From Candidatus Aminicenantes bacterium (GTDB taxonomy: Bacteria; Acidobacteriota; Aminicenantia; Aminicenantales; JAFGBC01), in contig OY969696.1 of NCBI GenBank assembly GCA_963702005.1, forward strand, positions 2,016,001-2,080,000: 64,000 nucleotides of DNA. Reading direction: 5' to 3'. Positions 60,991 to 64,000 of the stretch are shown piece by piece. Position numbers and translations under genes: made by a program. Within the stretch, counting starts at the first letter, position 1. Every line of letters starts with the position of its first letter. The notes below the pieces were generated by a model. That model was not told the origin of the DNA. It saw nothing but the letters and a program-made list of their open reading frames with translations, and made no database searches.

Positions 60991-63006
60991 ATGAAAAAAG
61001 CGGTCGCTGTCTGCTTTCTTTTCCTCGGAGGAGCGCTGCTGATCGCGAGCTCTCAATCGGGCGCGGGCTCAACCCCGAGAACGCCCAATCCCGATCCCGC
61101 TCAAGCCGCCCCCGTCTGGCAGTCCGTCGGTCCCGCCGGAGGCTGGATCAGGGCGCTCGTCAATAATCCCAAGAACTCGCGCGAGCTCTACGCCGCCGCC
61201 GACAGCTACCCCTGCCAGATCTTCGAGTCTTCGAACGCGGGGTCGACCTGGACGCGGATCGGCCTGGTCCAGAGCTATCTCAACGGTTTCATCATCCATC
61301 CCTCGAACCCGAACATCTTCTACGGACTCGGCTACGCCTCCCTCTTCAAATCCAAGGATCAAGGCCGGACCTTCACGGAAATTGCGCTCCCCGACCCCAA
61401 GCTGATAAGGCTGGACGGCAATATCTCGATCAGCCCGCGCAAGCCCGAGACGATCTATGTCGCGGGGTCCTACAAGTACAACGACAGCGGCCGGAAATAC
61501 TGTCTGGCCGTCTACCGGTCCAAAGACGGCGGCCTGACCTGGACGGTCCACAAGCTCGAGCCCGTTTCGGACTACGCGTCCTTTCCGCGGGTCGCGGCCA
61601 GCCCGGCCCGCGCCGGCCTCGTCTTCGCCTCCGGATCCTACCACAAGGGCAACCAGTCTTTTTACCGGGTCTACAAATCCGCCGACGGCGGAAACAATTG
61701 GACGGGCGTCACCGGCCCCATCATCAATCAACCCTATGACCTGCTCCTCCATCCTACCGACCCCAACAAGGTCTACGTCTCCACTAGCGGGTACGTTTTC
61801 CGGAGCTCGGACGGCGGCAAGACCTGGGCCAAGCAGGCCGCTCCGAATTACATGTTCGCGGAATTCCTGGCTATGGATTCGACCAATCCCCAAGTCCTCT
61901 ATGCGGGAGGGAATTTGACGGTCTACAAGAGCACGGACGGGGGCGTCCGCTGGACTGCTTCCAAGACCAATTCCGGGCTCTTCGGCGCCTGCACCGGGAT
62001 GCTCGTGGACGGCGGCTCCGTTTATTTCGCGTCCTCGGTCGGCATTTTCAAGAGCGCGAACGGCGGGGCCACCTGGAAGCCCAGCCACGCCGGGATGAAG
62101 GCCTCGAGCGTTCCGGCCCTGGCCCTGGCCGCCGCGTCCCCTAAATCCGTTTACGCGGAAGCCCAGAACTATGCCTGCTTCAAGAGCGCGAACGCCGGCG
62201 GCAGCTGGATCAAGCTGGGCAATTTCGCGGGATGCGGGCAGATCCTGAAAATCGTCAGCCACCCGACGGCCGCGAACACGGTTTATCTCCTGAAAGGCGG
62301 CTGAGGAGGCTACATCGTCTACAGGTCTGTAGACGGAGGGAAGACGGTCAAGAGCCTCTGGAGCCCGAGTCACTTCATCAACGACCTTGCCGTCGACCGG
62401 AAGAATCCGAATCTGCTGGCCGCGGCCGGCCAAGTCTACCAAAGCGGCGTGTCCTCGATGGCCGTCTTTCTGTCCTCGAACGGAGGGACCGCCTGGACGA
62501 CGGTCCGGGTCGTCTCACAAAATAACAGTTGCGCCTACGCGATCGCCAGGGACCCGGCGAATCCCAACACCCTTTATGTCGGGGGGAACTCCGGCAGTTG
62601 GCAGGCCCTCCTCTGCAAGAGCACGAACGGGGGCGCGTCCTGGACCGACATCACGAAGGGCATCCGGGGCACGATCTTGGACCTCGCCGTCGATCCGGTT
62701 TCTCCCCAGACCGTCTATGCCGTGACCTGGGGCTATGTCTGGAAGAGCCAGGACGGAGGAGGGAGCTGGACGGAAACCTCGGTCGGGCCGGCTAAGCGCT
62801 TGATCATCAACCCCAACAACCCGAACGAGCTCTTCGTCGGGACCGGATATAGCGGCGTTTATTACAGCGCAGATCAAGGGGCCACCTGGCAGGATTTCAG
62901 CGCGGACATGGACATCAAACACATCCAATGCCTGGCCATGGATCCCGCGGCCCGGATCCTCTACGCGGGCACCACCGGCGGCGGGATCGTCAAGAGGAGC
63001 TTCTAG
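60991..63006 (+). CDS. Secreted BNR/Asp-box beta-propeller protein, putative selenoprotein (UGA at 62302-62304 = Sec438, 671 aa)
   Basis: Track ORFs 60964-62304 and 62449-63006 share a frame. The 144 nt between them are open and encode a further BNR repeat (GGYIVYRSVDGGKT...INDLAVDRKNPN). A SECIS-like hairpin follows the UGA. Confidence 0.8.
62302..62336 (+). promoter_or_regulatory. Bacterial SECIS-like element
   Basis: TGA + 11 nt + CGTCTACA-GGTC-TGTAGACG (stem-loop 62316-62335); apex AGGUCU as in E. coli fdhF. Confidence 0.78.
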
Positions 63007-63137
63007 TTGTAGTTTTTGGGGTCAATGTTTGACCCCGAATTCGATGAGACGCCGGACGCGCCGGCGGCGTCTCTCCCCTTGACGGGCCCTTCCCAGGCAT
63101 TCATCTCCAATTACTCTTTAGAGAGGGCGGGGGGCAT

Positions 63138-64000
63138 ATGATGCGGATACCGAAGTCATCTTTAGACGCGCCCCGTAAAGTACTTGGCCGGCTTAAGAAA
63201 GGGGCCCTGTTTCCCGCTGCGGCCCCTTTGTCGGAGATGCCCAAAGATTATTCCGCCCTCCTTGAGGATCTAAAAGATCGCATTTGCGAAGCTAGGATAC
63301 GGACAGCCCTATCGGCCAATGCCGCCCTGCTTCTGCTCTATTGGGATTTGGGGAAAATGATCCTCAGCCGTCAGACTTCGGAAGGTTGGGGGGCTAAGGT
63401 CGTCGACCGCCTTTCCGTCGACCTCCGCCAAGCCTTCCCCAATATGCGGGGGCTCTCGCCCCGGAACCTGAAGTATATGCGGGCGTTTGCCGCCGCTTGG
63501 CCTGACCGGGCAATTGTGCAAGAGGCCCTTGCACAAATTCCTTGGTATCACAACATCGCGCTCTTGGAGAAATTAGCCTCAGCGGATGATCGCCTCTGGT
63601 ATGCTCGAAAGACGCTCGAGCAGTGCTGGTCTCACGATATTCTCGTGATACAAATCCAGAAACAGATCCACGCCCGCCAAGGCAAAGCGGTCACGAACTT
63701 CCCCTCTACGCTCCCGCCTGCCCAGTCTGACATGGCTGCACAAGTTTTCAAGGATCCCTATCTCTTCGACTTCCTCGGCATGGCCGATACTCGGCGCGAG
63801 CGCGAAGTCGAACAAGCCCTTGTGGACCATATACAGCGCTTCCTGCTCGAGATGGGGAGGGGCTTCGCCTTCGTCGGCCGCCAGGTTCTTTTAGAAGTCG
63901 GCGACACCGATTTTCTCATTGATCTCCTCTTCTACCATATCAATCTCCGCCGCTATGTCGTCGTCGAGCTTAAGGCCGGCCCTTTCGACCCAGCCTTTCT
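63138..64000 (+). CDS. YhcG/DUF1016 PD-(D/E)XK nuclease-domain protein (runs off the right window edge)
   Basis: Not in the ORF track; hand translation gives LYWDLG, GWGAKVVDRLSVDL, GLSPRNLKYMR, KDPYLFDFL, FLLEMGRGFAFVGRQ, IDLLFY, VVVELK. Alternative start at 63237. Confidence 0.9.
   Translation, partial: MMRIPKSSLDAPRKVLGRLKKGALFPAAAPLSEMPKDYSALLEDLKDRICEARIRTALSANAALLLLYWDLGKMILSRQTSEGWGAKVVDRLSVDLRQAFPNMRGLSPRNLKYMRAFAAAWPDRAIVQEALAQIPWYHNIALLEKLASADDRLWYARKTLEQCWSHDILVIQIQKQIHARQGKAVTNFPSTLPPAQSDMAAQVFKDPYLFDFLGMADTRREREVEQALVDHIQRFLLEMGRGFAFVGRQVLLEVGDTDFLIDLLFYHINLRRYVVVELKAGPFDPAF

Noticed and set aside
62302-62304. Genome-wide UGA reassignment to Trp or Gly (code 4 or 25)
   Set aside because: Many genes here end in TGA at their expected ends, often in ATGA/GTGA overlaps (sigma, nrdR, smc, radical SAM, degP), so UGA is a normal stop.
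62305-62449. GGAGG right after the UGA as the SD of a separate downstream gene
   Set aside because: No ATG/GTG/TTG at a suitable distance, the first candidate start is about 140 nt away, there is no signal peptide, and a BNR repeat would be lost. Not formally excluded.

Overview
GC-rich bacterial chromosomal segment read with the standard genetic code. Gene content (zinc-ribbon Ser/Thr kinase with PEGA domains, SBBP/BNR propellers, TonB-C proteins with GGVxG repeats) suggests an Acidobacteriota/Aminicenantes-like organism; this is inference. It mixes housekeeping genes (nrdR, hsp20, lon, dapF-like, degP, tmk, PBP1A, smc, tRNA-Gln, tRNA-Thr) with many secreted or envelope proteins and two ECF sigma/anti-sigma loci. 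Best finding: a secreted BNR-repeat beta-propeller gene (60991-63006) has one in-frame UGA followed 11 nt later by a hairpin with the AGGUCU apex of the E. coli fdhF SECIS, making it a likely selenoprotein of a family I do not recognise. Other notable items are a ~490-nt ORF-free, densely base-paired ncRNA candidate (54245-54738), three families of palindromic dispersed repeats (one nested and co-varying, ending on -35 boxes and on a start codon), an anti-sigma-TonB fusion with an internal start, a DapF with both catalytic Cys replaced by Ser, and two genes frameshifted near their 3' ends. No CRISPR array, rRNA or transposase gene was seen.
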